A stretch of 60,904 nt of DNA, from contig JAZSOD010000093.1 in assembly GCA_045536775.1 (NCBI GenBank), positions 1 to 60,904 on the forward strand. The letters are read 5' to 3'. Below are positions 10,784 through 18,940 of this stretch, one piece after another. The notes below the pieces were generated by a model that saw nothing but the letters and a program-made list of their open reading frames with translations, made no database searches and was not told the origin of the DNA. Both the position numbers and the translations under genes were made by a program. This DNA is from Eubacteriales bacterium. Its GTDB lineage: Bacteria; Bacillota; Clostridia; Oscillospirales; CAG-272. How positions within the stretch are numbered: the first letter of the stretch is position 1; every line of letters starts with the position of its first letter.

Positions 10784-10798
10784 CCGAAAAAGCAAATT

Positions 10799-11134
10799 TC
10801 AGGCGGATGTTTTTGTCCCCTCGAAAGCATTATTAAACTCAGCGACCGCCGCCTCGATAAGCATCTTTATCTCAAGCTCTGTAATGGTAATACCCTTGAG
10901 CGCGAGCATTTCACTTGCCGACTCTACGACCTCATTGTACTTGTCCTCGCCGTGAAGGTCCTTGTAGAGCTGCTCGACCGCCTTTACACAGGTGGAGACA
11001 ACGTCCTTCTTCGTCTTGTCGTTTATGTACTTAGTATAAAGCGACTTGATCCACAGACCGATATAGCCTGCAAACGCAGTCAGAAGCGTGTAAATAATAG
11101 TAGTGCCGTATTCGTTTATAAACTCGATAAACAT
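10799..11134 (-). CDS. Phage holin, LL-H-like family
   Basis: Start at MFIEFINEYG (SD AAAAGGAGA); N-terminal TM then KAVEQLYKDLHGEDKY...MLIEAAVAE, a pattern I recognise from LL-H-type holins; the longer ORF-track start runs into a repeat. Confidence 0.75.
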   Translation of the reverse strand: MFIEFINEYGTTIIYTLLTAFAGYIGLWIKSLYTKYINDKTKKDVVSTCVKAVEQLYKDLHGEDKYNEVVESASEMLALKGITITELEIKMLIEAAVAEFNNAFEGTKTSA

Positions 11135-11164
11135 ATTTTTTCTCCTTTTATGAAATCGTTTTAA

Positions 11165-11385
11165 CAAGGCGCGCTTGGCGGTAGTGGGCCCCGAGCAGAG
11201 CGCCGCGGTCAGGGCACCCCGACAGGCAATACGCGCGTGAAGCAGAGTGATAATTATAATCTCAACCCATACCCTATAGTCTAATAACATTCAGTGAGTG
11301 GACTAATAACATCTACGTTGCGCAAAGACTAAGTCTTTGCGCTTCTTAAAGCTTTTTGCCGAGGCTTTTTCTCGAAAAAGCCGGA
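11165..11385. repeat. Intergenic repeat block: R1 copy + C palindrome + B hairpin
   Basis: 11170-11302 aligns with 30017-30149 (same orientation) and with 60553-60668 (inverted); palindrome gcgcaaagacNNNgtctttgcgc at 11320-11342; AT-core hairpin at 11364-11383. Confidence 0.9.
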
Positions 11386-11388
11386 AAA

Positions 11389-12075
11389 TCAATCTCTCAT
11401 AGCTTCGCCAAGCTTGCGCCACAGATCGTCTGCAAATTTGTATTCGTCAAGATAACTTACCGTGTGAGGAAGAAAGCCGCAGCGCCTGATAACGCCAGCA
11501 CGGTCGGTCTTGCCTTCACGTTTGCGTATTGCCACCGAGAGCTTGCGCCAGAGGTCTGCCGCCCACGCATACTTGTTCAGATATGCCCGCGTCCCCTGCG
11601 TAAAGCCGCAGATGTTACAAACGTCGTCGGAATAGTACTCCTTCTCGCTTATCTCGCAGATAGCGTTCGGGAGATTCAAGTACGCTGCCGCGTCGGACGA
11701 GTTCATATTTCTCGGACGCACCTCGAAATGTAAGTGCTTGCCCGTAGAGAAGCCCGTGCTTCCCATAATGCCAATAACGTCGCCCGCCTTGACGCGCTGA
11801 CCTGCCGACACCTTGCGCTCGGCAAGGTGACAGTAGTAGATAGTGTTGCCGTCAAGACCCGTCACAGCAACATAGTTGCCCCACTGCCAGGTCGGATTTG
11901 ATTTATCGGTCACCATCTGAGACCAAAGCACGTACCCGTCCGAAACGCTTACCACCTCGTCGGAGTGCTTGCCAACGAGATCAAGACCCGGATGAAATTC
12001 GGACTTACCGAACAGCACGCGGTAACCGTACCTTGACGTAATATGTATATTGCCACATTTAATTGGAAGTATCAC
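11389..12075 (-). CDS. M23 family peptidoglycan metalloendopeptidase (endolysin) with C-terminal tandem repeats
   Basis: M23 motifs HPGLDL and GKHLHFEV; C-terminal repeats ...YLNKYAWAADLWRKL / ...YLDEYKFADDLWRKL; sits in the lysis cassette. Confidence 0.85.
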   Translation of the reverse strand: MILPIKCGNIHITSRYGYRVLFGKSEFHPGLDLVGKHSDEVVSVSDGYVLWSQMVTDKSNPTWQWGNYVAVTGLDGNTIYYCHLAERKVSAGQRVKAGDVIGIMGSTGFSTGKHLHFEVRPRNMNSSDAAAYLNLPNAICEISEKEYYSDDVCNICGFTQGTRAYLNKYAWAADLWRKLSVAIRKREGKTDRAGVIRRCGFLPHTVSYLDEYKFADDLWRKLGEAMRD

Positions 12076-12311
12076 TTTTCTCTCTCCCTTCCGTCGTGAA
12101 ACGATTCGAGCACCGTAACGCGATGCTCAAGCCTGTCTAACTGCTCTCCGTGTGCCTTTATGCGCTCTTTACTTGCCTTCATATTATCATTTAACCCGTC
12201 TATTGAGCAGTTGAGCTTAGTAATGCTCGTGTTAAGCTTGATTATGGGTGTAGCAACTGTAATACCGAATCCAACAAGCGCAACAATGCCGAGGAAAATT
12301 TCCCATGTCAC
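12072..12311 (-). CDS. Small membrane protein with N-terminal TM and coiled coil (lysis-cassette associated)
   Basis: WEIFLGIVALVGFGITVATPII TM followed by a heptad-like region; 4-nt overlap with the endolysin start. Confidence 0.55.
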   Translation of the reverse strand: MTWEIFLGIVALVGFGITVATPIIKLNTSITKLNCSIDGLNDNMKASKERIKAHGEQLDRLEHRVTVLESFHDGREREK

Positions 12312-12323
12312 GCCCTCACCTCC

Positions 12324-12515
12324 TTAACTCAGCGTAACGCCGTATTTGGCGAGTATGGAGACCACCTTGTCGGTGACTATCTTCTTAAACTGACCGGGTG
12401 GGAGCTTTGCAAGCTCGGAAATAAGTATTTCCATATCGGTAGCCTTTTCGGCTTTTTCTTTTACCGCCTTGTTGAAAGCTATGACTCTGTTTCGGAGTTC
12501 ATTGTTCTTCATCAC
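12324..12515 (-). CDS. Hypothetical phage protein (63 aa)
   Basis: Co-oriented and overlaps its upstream neighbour by 4 nt; no recognisable motif. Confidence 0.5.
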   Translation of the reverse strand: MMKNNELRNRVIAFNKAVKEKAEKATDMEILISELAKLPPGQFKKIVTDKVVSILAKYGVTLS

Positions 12516-12841
12516 TCAGTCACTCCCTCTAAAATCATGTCAAGAGCTTCGCCGAGCTCGTCCACTTCGCCCTCAAGAGCCGTGATGCGCTCGTCTGCAG
12601 TAGGTGTCGGCTCAAGAATTTCGGGAGCTTTTGCCTCTACCCATTCACCGTGTATCTTACCGTCACGCTCAACGTATTTCTTTTCGTAATACTTGTCCGT
12701 GTCGGGATAGTCTGTTTCGACAATTTCAAGATACCCCTCGGCTTTGTACTGTTCGGGGCGAGGATTGTATAACTTGTAACCGCCCAATACCATCGGATTT
12801 GGAGCAATTACAAATTTTCCGTCAATAATTTTTCCGTACAT
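12512..12841 (-). CDS. Hypothetical phage protein (109 aa), tail-module position
   Basis: Co-oriented compact ORF with an acidic coiled-coil C-terminus. Confidence 0.55.
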   Translation of the reverse strand: MYGKIIDGKFVIAPNPMVLGGYKLYNPRPEQYKAEGYLEIVETDYPDTDKYYEKKYVERDGKIHGEWVEAKAPEILEPTPTADERITALEGEVDELGEALDMILEGVTE

Positions 12842-12854
12842 GATCTTTTCCTTT

Positions 12855-13409
12855 CTACGATATAAGTGTTATTGAAACGTTGTTATATTCTACAATGTTT
12901 GATCCATCTTCAGGGAGGTTTTGAAAACTGATAACTATCCACGCAGTGTTTTCTCCCGTTGTAAAAACTCGGGCCTTTAAGTCTTCGTTTATCTTGCCGC
13001 CGGTTATGAACCTTAACAGGTTACCGACCGTATCAAATTCGGTAATAAAAACGGTTGACTTGGTCTTTTCCATAAGTCCGTCAAAACCTACTGCATAAGA
13101 AGTATCAGGTGATGATTTCAAATCAAAGCCAACACCATAAGAGCATTGATTCTCTATAGTGGAAAATGAAAACCCGTTTTTATTTTTTTCAAAGCTTAAT
13201 ACATTATTTGGATTATACCAATTGGAATAAGCATAGCCAAGTATAATCCCCTTGCCTGTAAAGCTTCTCTTTGAGGTGTTTGACTGTGCCCCAAAGTTAA
13301 CAACCTCTCTGTTCCCGATGTTAAGTAGATTGGTATTAGCGTTTTTATCCTGAGCGAGTAATATGCTGAAAAACTGTTTGTTCACGCGCCCAGCTCCTTT
13401 GCTACCCAT
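12855..13409 (-). CDS. Hypothetical phage tail-associated protein (start uncertain)
   Basis: 184-aa ORF; an alternative GTG at 13385 would give a GTGA overlap with the upstream stop. Confidence 0.55.
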   Translation of the reverse strand: MGSKGAGRVNKQFFSILLAQDKNANTNLLNIGNREVVNFGAQSNTSKRSFTGKGIILGYAYSNWYNPNNVLSFEKNKNGFSFSTIENQCSYGVGFDLKSSPDTSYAVGFDGLMEKTKSTVFITEFDTVGNLLRFITGGKINEDLKARVFTTGENTAWIVISFQNLPEDGSNIVEYNNVSITLIS

Positions 13410-13738
13410 ACGCCAAGTATCTTATCGTTGAACGGAATAAATGACATGTAATACGTGTATCCGGCGTTAAAGCTGGGCTCGGCTACTGCCCATTCAACAC
13501 TTGCAGGGATGCTCACGCTTATATTTTCACCGGCGGTAAAGCAGACCGACCAGACCTCCGAGAGCTCGCTGTCACCTTTAGCAAACTCGGTAATAGCAAG
13601 ACTTGAAACCGGGGATGAAAATCTGTACTCGGTGTTGCTTGAAAGGGTTAATTCTGCTTCGGAGGAATCCGAGACAATAACCGCACAGGCAGAGTCTTTT
13701 ATTTTGCTTCTTAAAAGAGCATATAATTTCAAATCCAT
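13382..13738 (-). CDS. Hypothetical phage protein (118 aa)
   Basis: Start at MDLKLYALL with SD AAGAAAGGAA; the longer ORF-track start would overlap the upstream gene. Confidence 0.55.
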   Translation of the reverse strand: MDLKLYALLRSKIKDSACAVIVSDSSEAELTLSSNTEYRFSSPVSSLAITEFAKGDSELSEVWSVCFTAGENISVSIPASVEWAVAEPSFNAGYTYYMSFIPFNDKILGVWVAKELGA

Positions 13739-13766
13739 TTTGTTTCCTTTCTTCTGTATAAACAGA

Positions 13767-15614
13767 TCAGTTGTAGTTTTCGTGGGTAACGAACTCACGA
13801 GAAAGTGAAAGCAGGTCAAACTTACCCGAATGAGAAATTATTTTAACCTGCATATAATTTGCTCGCACGGGAACAAGAGGTATCTCGCTTACGCATACAC
13901 CGTCTTTGTTTCGTATACACCCTGCGAAAATATATGGCTTGCCGTCAAATGAAACGTAAACGTCTGTGACGGTCTGCGGCTCGGTGCAGGTACCTATAAT
14001 AAGCCTTGAAAACGTCTTTTTCTGGTGCGTGTTCTCATAAAACGGCGCAAATATTATCTGAGTGTTTCCCGGATAGTGAGCGGTATCCCACGAAACGCTT
14101 TCGTTTTCGGTCACTATTCTGAATATTGCAACGTCTGAATAGTACTTACCCAGGGCAAAAAGTGACGAGCCGCAGCGGGCGAAGGAATATATACCACCGT
14201 TTACAGCAGACCAAAGCTTCGTGCTCGTATCGTAAACATACGTGTTTTTGCTATCGGAAATATAGTATCTCGTTCCGTCGCTTCCGCCCACCGTGTTTCT
14301 ACATTCAAGACCGATATCGGAATTTATTCTGATGGGTGTCGTACCCTTGTAGCACATAATTCCGCAGTTTGATACGTAATAAAGCGAGTCTGCAACGAGA
14401 GCAATGCTGTCCGTATTTTCGGGTGACACGGATGCGGCAGGAGTGATACTTAGCTTATAACCGTCATATACCTTGAGCACCTTGATGATTGAGCTTTCGG
14501 TGAAAAACACGGGCACTCCTCCGAAATCGGCGCAGGCAATGATATTCTCTGCGATACCCGTGTCAATAGTAATCGTTCTATCGGAGAGCCCCTCTATCTT
14601 TGACCACACGCACGGATCGTTTTCGGCACAAGCATAAATGGTTTTTCCGTAAGCACCCCAAAGACGGTTACCCACCCTCGTTACACAGGTAAGCGTTGGA
14701 ATAAAGCGCTTTATCATCATAACTTCTGATTGCTGATAACCGTTAAGGGTTACGCCTGATGTATTTTTTACCGTAATATAGTTATTTCCGATACCGGTAA
14801 CAACAGTACCCTCGGATAATCCCTTTGCAACGTCTTCCGGCATAGAGGAATTTATCGCAACGCCTGTAACCGTAACTACATCTCCGATCTTGAGCCCTTT
14901 AAAGTTTTGGGCATAGGCATTGGAACCTTTAAGAAATATGAACCTTATGTTTTCATCATTGTCAATACATTCCATTTTATATTGTGCGCTTGAGGTTTCT
15001 TTCCAATAGTATTCGGTATCAAGGTCGCCAAACTCCTCGAATTTAAGACGGTATCTTTTGAAAATATCGGGATATTCCAATTTTACCCACTCGCCGTTCG
15101 TGTAAATGAACATGGCTGCAAATCCAATGTCATAATAGATATCGCCCTCGTTTGCGACTTTGGGCTCATCGTCTGAAACAGCAATAATATCTACCACATT
15201 CTCAAAATGCTCGTTGGTCTCGCATTCATACAGTTTGTTATTGTATGGCCTGTAGACAATTGTGCTTTTGCGGTAATACTTTTTGTCGGGAAAGATAGCG
15301 ACATAGTCGCCCAGAACACAATGCACCTTCTTGCCCTCGTCAAGCTTACCTTTGACGGTGTTGTCATACACGAAGCTTCCGTTTGCAGAATAGAAGAGCT
15401 TATTGTTGTATCCGATAGAGGCGTTCGGATCTCTGTCAAGCGTGCGTTCTATAAGGTAAGGACGCGCGCTTGAAATTACGGGATAGCTTTCCGTACTGAC
15501 ATTATAAGCTTCCGAAATATCCCCATCACATGCGGCGGGGGATGTATAGATGCCTTTGAAATCGCGCACCGTGTTAACGGTGCGCTTTTCTGTAAAATTA
15601 CTTTTTGCTTTCAT
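13767..15614 (-). CDS. Putative tail / receptor-binding protein (615 aa)
   Basis: Largest structural ORF distal to the head genes; recurring blade-like ...Y.YD....W.. / ...LYY.S..G segments suggest a beta-propeller-like fold; start at MKAKSNF overlaps the upstream 43-aa ORF. Confidence 0.5.
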   Translation of the reverse strand: MKAKSNFTEKRTVNTVRDFKGIYTSPAACDGDISEAYNVSTESYPVISSARPYLIERTLDRDPNASIGYNNKLFYSANGSFVYDNTVKGKLDEGKKVHCVLGDYVAIFPDKKYYRKSTIVYRPYNNKLYECETNEHFENVVDIIAVSDDEPKVANEGDIYYDIGFAAMFIYTNGEWVKLEYPDIFKRYRLKFEEFGDLDTEYYWKETSSAQYKMECIDNDENIRFIFLKGSNAYAQNFKGLKIGDVVTVTGVAINSSMPEDVAKGLSEGTVVTGIGNNYITVKNTSGVTLNGYQQSEVMMIKRFIPTLTCVTRVGNRLWGAYGKTIYACAENDPCVWSKIEGLSDRTITIDTGIAENIIACADFGGVPVFFTESSIIKVLKVYDGYKLSITPAASVSPENTDSIALVADSLYYVSNCGIMCYKGTTPIRINSDIGLECRNTVGGSDGTRYYISDSKNTYVYDTSTKLWSAVNGGIYSFARCGSSLFALGKYYSDVAIFRIVTENESVSWDTAHYPGNTQIIFAPFYENTHQKKTFSRLIIGTCTEPQTVTDVYVSFDGKPYIFAGCIRNKDGVCVSEIPLVPVRANYMQVKIISHSGKFDLLSLSREFVTHENYN

Positions 15615-15729
15615 TGTACTTAGCCTCCTCGAGAGCCTCGAGCCTGAGGTCAAGCGCTTCAAGCTTGATTTTTATTTCAGTGTAAATCGAGTCGAGATCA
15701 ACGGACTTGCCGTTATTTTTCTTTACCAT
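15598..15729 (-). CDS. Unlisted 43-aa coiled-coil ORF
   Basis: My translation: MVKKNNGKSVDLDSIYTEIKIKLEALDLRLEALEEAKYNESKK; SD GGAGC upstream; overlaps both neighbours; below the ORF-track size cut-off. Confidence 0.45.
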   Translation of the reverse strand: MVKKNNGKSVDLDSIYTEIKIKLEALDLRLEALEEAKYNESKK

Positions 15730-16115
15730 ATTCGGAAGCTCCTTTCATCAGACTTTTCGGGCTTTGTGATGGGTGAGTAGTCGGGCTTTGTCCCGGTGTC
15801 ATCCTCGGGCATATTATCTGATTCGGTATTCTTTCGTACGAGCTCGGAGTAAGCGCTTTCAAATGCTGCTCTTGAGTTTTCGTATCTTCCGTATTCTCCG
15901 TTCAAGAGGTCTATAACCGAAAAAAGAAACAGCTCGTACACTGCAAAATTATTCTCATCAAGCGCAAGCTTGTTTTCATTATACACAGGCTTGGTATCGC
16001 CGAGAATATCCGTTCGTATCCTCATATCCAGCGATTTGAGATAATCGCCTAAGTAACTGCCGTAAGGATTCGGGCGGAGAGTGCTTACCTTGTCAAGAAT
16101 ATAAGAAGCTGTCAT
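15723..16115 (-). CDS. Hypothetical phage protein (130 aa), head-tail connector position
   Basis: Co-oriented; TAATG overlap with the upstream ORF at 16113-16117. Confidence 0.5.
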   Translation of the reverse strand: MTASYILDKVSTLRPNPYGSYLGDYLKSLDMRIRTDILGDTKPVYNENKLALDENNFAVYELFLFSVIDLLNGEYGRYENSRAAFESAYSELVRKNTESDNMPEDDTGTKPDYSPITKPEKSDERSFRIW

Positions 16116-16300
16116 TAGATGCGGGACCAGCCTTCGGGGAATTTAACAAAAACCGAGGTTTTTGAAATGGCATCAGAGCCTGTGGGGGCATCCGTCGGCA
16201 GTAAAGATGCCTCGCTGTCCGAATCAAGAATATAGTGGCGGATAGAACCCGTTGCACCCTTTGAATTTTTTGTTTTTTCAAAGCTCGTTTCGATAATCAT
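16115..16300 (-). CDS. Hypothetical phage protein (61 aa)
   Basis: Its stop overlaps the next start by 1 nt; preferred over the alternative frame 16093-16281. Confidence 0.4.
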   Translation of the reverse strand: MIIETSFEKTKNSKGATGSIRHYILDSDSEASLLPTDAPTGSDAISKTSVFVKFPEGWSRI

Positions 16301-16327
16301 ATAACCTTTCCTTTCTCGCCAAGAGAA

Positions 16328-16702
16328 TCAGCAATAGCGCTCCATTTTGCCGTCACGCGAGAGAAAGCCTGCGTTTACCTTAGCGACGTTGTCTTCAGAC
16401 TGAGCGATGACTTCGGCAAAGCGGCGCTTGATTTTAACGGGAACACCGCGCTTGACTCTGCACATATATCCGTTGATGCCGACTAAAACGTCGTCCTTGT
16501 ACTTGTCGCCGTCCTTGAAAAGACGGATCTCAACGTATTCGCTTTCACGCTTGGTGATATCCTTGATTCTCGGTGCAGCCGTTTTCTTTTCGGAAACGCC
16601 GTCAAGCCTTGCGAGCTTTTCCTCGTATTCCTTTGCAAGTGCTTCAAGTCTTTTTGTAAGTGATTCCTTCTTGGTGGGGTTTTTAGATGTTGTTTGATTC
16701 AT
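16328..16702 (-). CDS. Hypothetical phage protein (124 aa) downstream of the capsid gene
   Basis: Co-oriented ORF with SD GGAGGA; basic and acidic N-terminus. Confidence 0.5.
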   Translation of the reverse strand: MNQTTSKNPTKKESLTKRLEALAKEYEEKLARLDGVSEKKTAAPRIKDITKRESEYVEIRLFKDGDKYKDDVLVGINGYMCRVKRGVPVKIKRRFAEVIAQSEDNVAKVNAGFLSRDGKMERYC

Positions 16703-16789
16703 ATTTATCCTCCGTTTAGCCGCATTAGCGGCAGAAATGTTGTTTGTGATTATGATTTATCTGCCGCCAAAGACGGCTTAACTGAGAAA

Positions 16790-16814
16790 GATAAGGTGGG
16801 GAGTCCACCTTATC
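16790..16814 (-). terminator. Hairpin just after the capsid gene (possible partial terminator)
   Basis: 10-bp stem gataaggtgg/ccaccttatc with only a short T run on the transcribed strand. Confidence 0.4.
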
Positions 16815-16835
16815 CTATTGCGGCTTCGGTCAGAC

Positions 16836-18155
16836 TCAGTTTGCGCCCGACTCGAACGTGGAGGCGGTTTCGATTCTTATCATAGCCTCCTGAGCGAGAA
16901 CGCTTGCAGAAATCGCAGCCTTCCAACCAACCGTAGCTCTCTGGTTGATGGGGTCGCCGGTGCCGGCGCTGCCGAGCTGCTTAACGATGTGCTCGAGGCC
17001 GCCGCCGAGAATATCGATAACGCCGTAAGCGTTAGCGCCGATAACGAGAGTGCAGTAAACGTCGCGGCCGAGTCTGCCTGCGTTTGCAGCATAAGCGCGG
17101 TCGCCTGCGGTGTACGCAGCAGATGCGGGAGCTTCCTCAAGGAAGAGCTTGCCTTCGGCATTGTTCACACCGCATACCTTGACAGTTTCAACTGTAGACG
17201 CGGACTCGTCAAAGAGCTGAAGCTTTTTGCCGATAAGCTTTTCGGCATCGATGTCCGAAAGCGTGTTTGAAATGCTGAGAGCATACTTGCTGCCGTTACC
17301 TGCAGTAGCAGTACCCTCGGCAGACGCGGCAGAGTAGCCTGTTATGTCCAGATACTTTGCGCCCGTAGCTTCAACGAGAATATCGGCGGAAATAACCTTA
17401 GCCTCGCTGGATTCAACGAAGCGTACACCGCCGATCTTACCGATCTCACCGTTGTAAAGGTCAGCGGGATCGCAATAGGTCTTGGGCTTTTCCCATTCGG
17501 GATCGTTCATAAGGTCGTATGCAACGTCGGGGTGGATAATGGCAACGTATGAGCCGTTTATCTTTTCAACGTTCTTTGCCTTGAGTGCGCGAGCAGCGCG
17601 TCTTATACAGTCAACGGTGAGGTAGTGGTTGCCCGTTGCCTCGCCGCCAACAAGATCAAGACGGGAGTCAACAGAGCCCTCGCCGTACTGCACGTTTGTA
17701 CCTGCGGATACGAGAACGTCTCTGATAACAGAGTCGATGGTTCTGCCCGCCTGAGAGCCGAGAAGCTTTGTCGCCTCAAGTACGTTGTTGTCGAGCGCGG
17801 TCATAAGGAGCATATCGGAAAGCTCGATATATGCACCGTACTGGTAAACGGTAGCGCGTATAGCGGACATTTCCATAGACGTTCCTGCGGGGGTGATACC
17901 CTCGGTAAGAGGCGAGGAAGCCTTGGGAAGAGCAGAGTAGCGTCTGAATTCGACTGTCTTTCCGCCGTTCTTCGGGATGGAACGCTTCTGACCGAACTGC
18001 GCGTGAATGAGTGCAGGCTCAGCGTTGTCTATAAGGTAATCGCTGTAATACACTCTGAGATCGTTTGTGAGAGCTCCGTCGTTTTCACCCGTGATGTTTT
18101 CGGTTGTAACTACGACAGGCTCGGAAAAAATAGTAAGAATGCTTGTGTTTTTCAT
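16836..18155 (-). CDS. Major capsid protein (HK97 fold; resembles the N4-gp56-type family from memory)
   Basis: Position after the scaffold gene; QFGQKRSIPKNGGKTVEFRRY...LTEGITPAG block; start at the second ATG (GGAG SD, 6-nt spacing; alternative start 18167). Confidence 0.8.
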   Translation of the reverse strand: MKNTSILTIFSEPVVVTTENITGENDGALTNDLRVYYSDYLIDNAEPALIHAQFGQKRSIPKNGGKTVEFRRYSALPKASSPLTEGITPAGTSMEMSAIRATVYQYGAYIELSDMLLMTALDNNVLEATKLLGSQAGRTIDSVIRDVLVSAGTNVQYGEGSVDSRLDLVGGEATGNHYLTVDCIRRAARALKAKNVEKINGSYVAIIHPDVAYDLMNDPEWEKPKTYCDPADLYNGEIGKIGGVRFVESSEAKVISADILVEATGAKYLDITGYSAASAEGTATAGNGSKYALSISNTLSDIDAEKLIGKKLQLFDESASTVETVKVCGVNNAEGKLFLEEAPASAAYTAGDRAYAANAGRLGRDVYCTLVIGANAYGVIDILGGGLEHIVKQLGSAGTGDPINQRATVGWKAAISASVLAQEAMIRIETASTFESGAN

Positions 18156-18203
18156 AATAATCTCCATTCCGCCGCAAAAGCGGCAAATGTCAGCGTACGG
18201 GCG

Positions 18204-18887
18204 TCAAGAGAAGATAATGTCCTCGCCTGCCATGACCCTGCGCGCGATCTGCTCACGCTCGGATCTTGTCAGCCGCGACACGTCGCGGCGTACACAGAGG
18301 CCCGCGGCAGACGAGGACGCGGATTCGCGCGTCCTCGCGCCACGCGCACGGATATTATCGAGAGCCGCTTTTACGGCATCTCTCTTCGCCGACTCCATAA
18401 GCTCGTCAAAGTGTGCGGCATTGAACGCCGCGCTTACCGAGACTCCGCTTTCGTATATCTGTTTGAAGGTCTCATTCTCAAGCTCACTTTCGAGTGTGAA
18501 ATCGGGGTGTGCGGCGAGGAACTCCTCGCTCGGTGCCATAACGCTGACTGTTTTCTTTTCAAGCTCTTCACGCAGAGACTTGATAGTAAGGTCGGCTCGC
18601 TCAAGCTCGGCCTTCATCTGACCTGCCTCCTTGATACGCAGACTGATAATTTTCTGAGTGTCTTCAGTAAAAAAGTCCTTGTTTGCCCTGATGAACTCGT
18701 CGTATATCTCTCTGCGTGTCCTTGAGGACTCGTCACGCTCCCCGGCGGCGGGAGATGTATCGCCCGTGACACCCGACTCGCGTGAGAGAGGAGTGTCTTC
18801 GGTTGTTGTCTGCGCGGCGACCGCAGACGTCTCTTTAACGCCCGAGGGTGTTTGCTCACTAAAGAGCAGAAGTGAAAAATTTTTCAT
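18204..18887 (-). CDS. Capsid scaffolding protein
   Basis: Lies between protease and capsid genes; acidic, helix-rich, low-complexity N-terminal third. Confidence 0.7.
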   Translation of the reverse strand: MKNFSLLLFSEQTPSGVKETSAVAAQTTTEDTPLSRESGVTGDTSPAAGERDESSRTRREIYDEFIRANKDFFTEDTQKIISLRIKEAGQMKAELERADLTIKSLREELEKKTVSVMAPSEEFLAAHPDFTLESELENETFKQIYESGVSVSAAFNAAHFDELMESAKRDAVKAALDNIRARGARTRESASSSAAGLCVRRDVSRLTRSEREQIARRVMAGEDIIFS

Positions 18888-18940
18888 AGGAATTCCTCTA
18901 TCTCAAAGGCAAAAGCCCCTGATACAATGTTTATTTACGC

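Noticed and set aside
10777-10785. The 9-nt sequence ttgtcaacc is shared by the left (10777-10785) and right (23210-23218) flanks of the phage-like cluster, a possible att core
   Set aside because: Both copies are explained as the -35 hexamer (TTGACA on the minus strand) of two promoters, and the match does not extend further.
10717-10798. XerCD/dif-type integration as an explanation for the missing integrase
   Set aside because: I see no dif-like AT-rich 28-mer with inverted arms at either boundary. This cannot be excluded without the host dif sequence.
11356-11733. A 125-aa plus-strand ORF overlapping the 3' half of the endolysin gene
   Set aside because: It is antisense to a gene with clear M23 motifs and has no motif or SD of its own.
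16093-16281. An alternative 62-aa ORF overlapping the 61-aa ORF at 16115-16300
   Set aside because: The 16115-16300 frame gives the typical 1-nt TAATG coupling to the next gene, whereas the alternative would run 23 nt into it. Both calls are weak.
17625-18725. A 366-aa plus-strand ORF across the capsid/scaffold genes. Similar long antisense ORFs lie at 41697-42710, 30700-31413, 59442-60377, 33630-34133 and 3315-3965
   Set aside because: Each one I checked (17625, 41697, 30700, 59442) is in register with a well-supported gene on the other strand. The cause is genome-wide avoidance of TTA/CTA/TCA codons. None has recognisable motifs.
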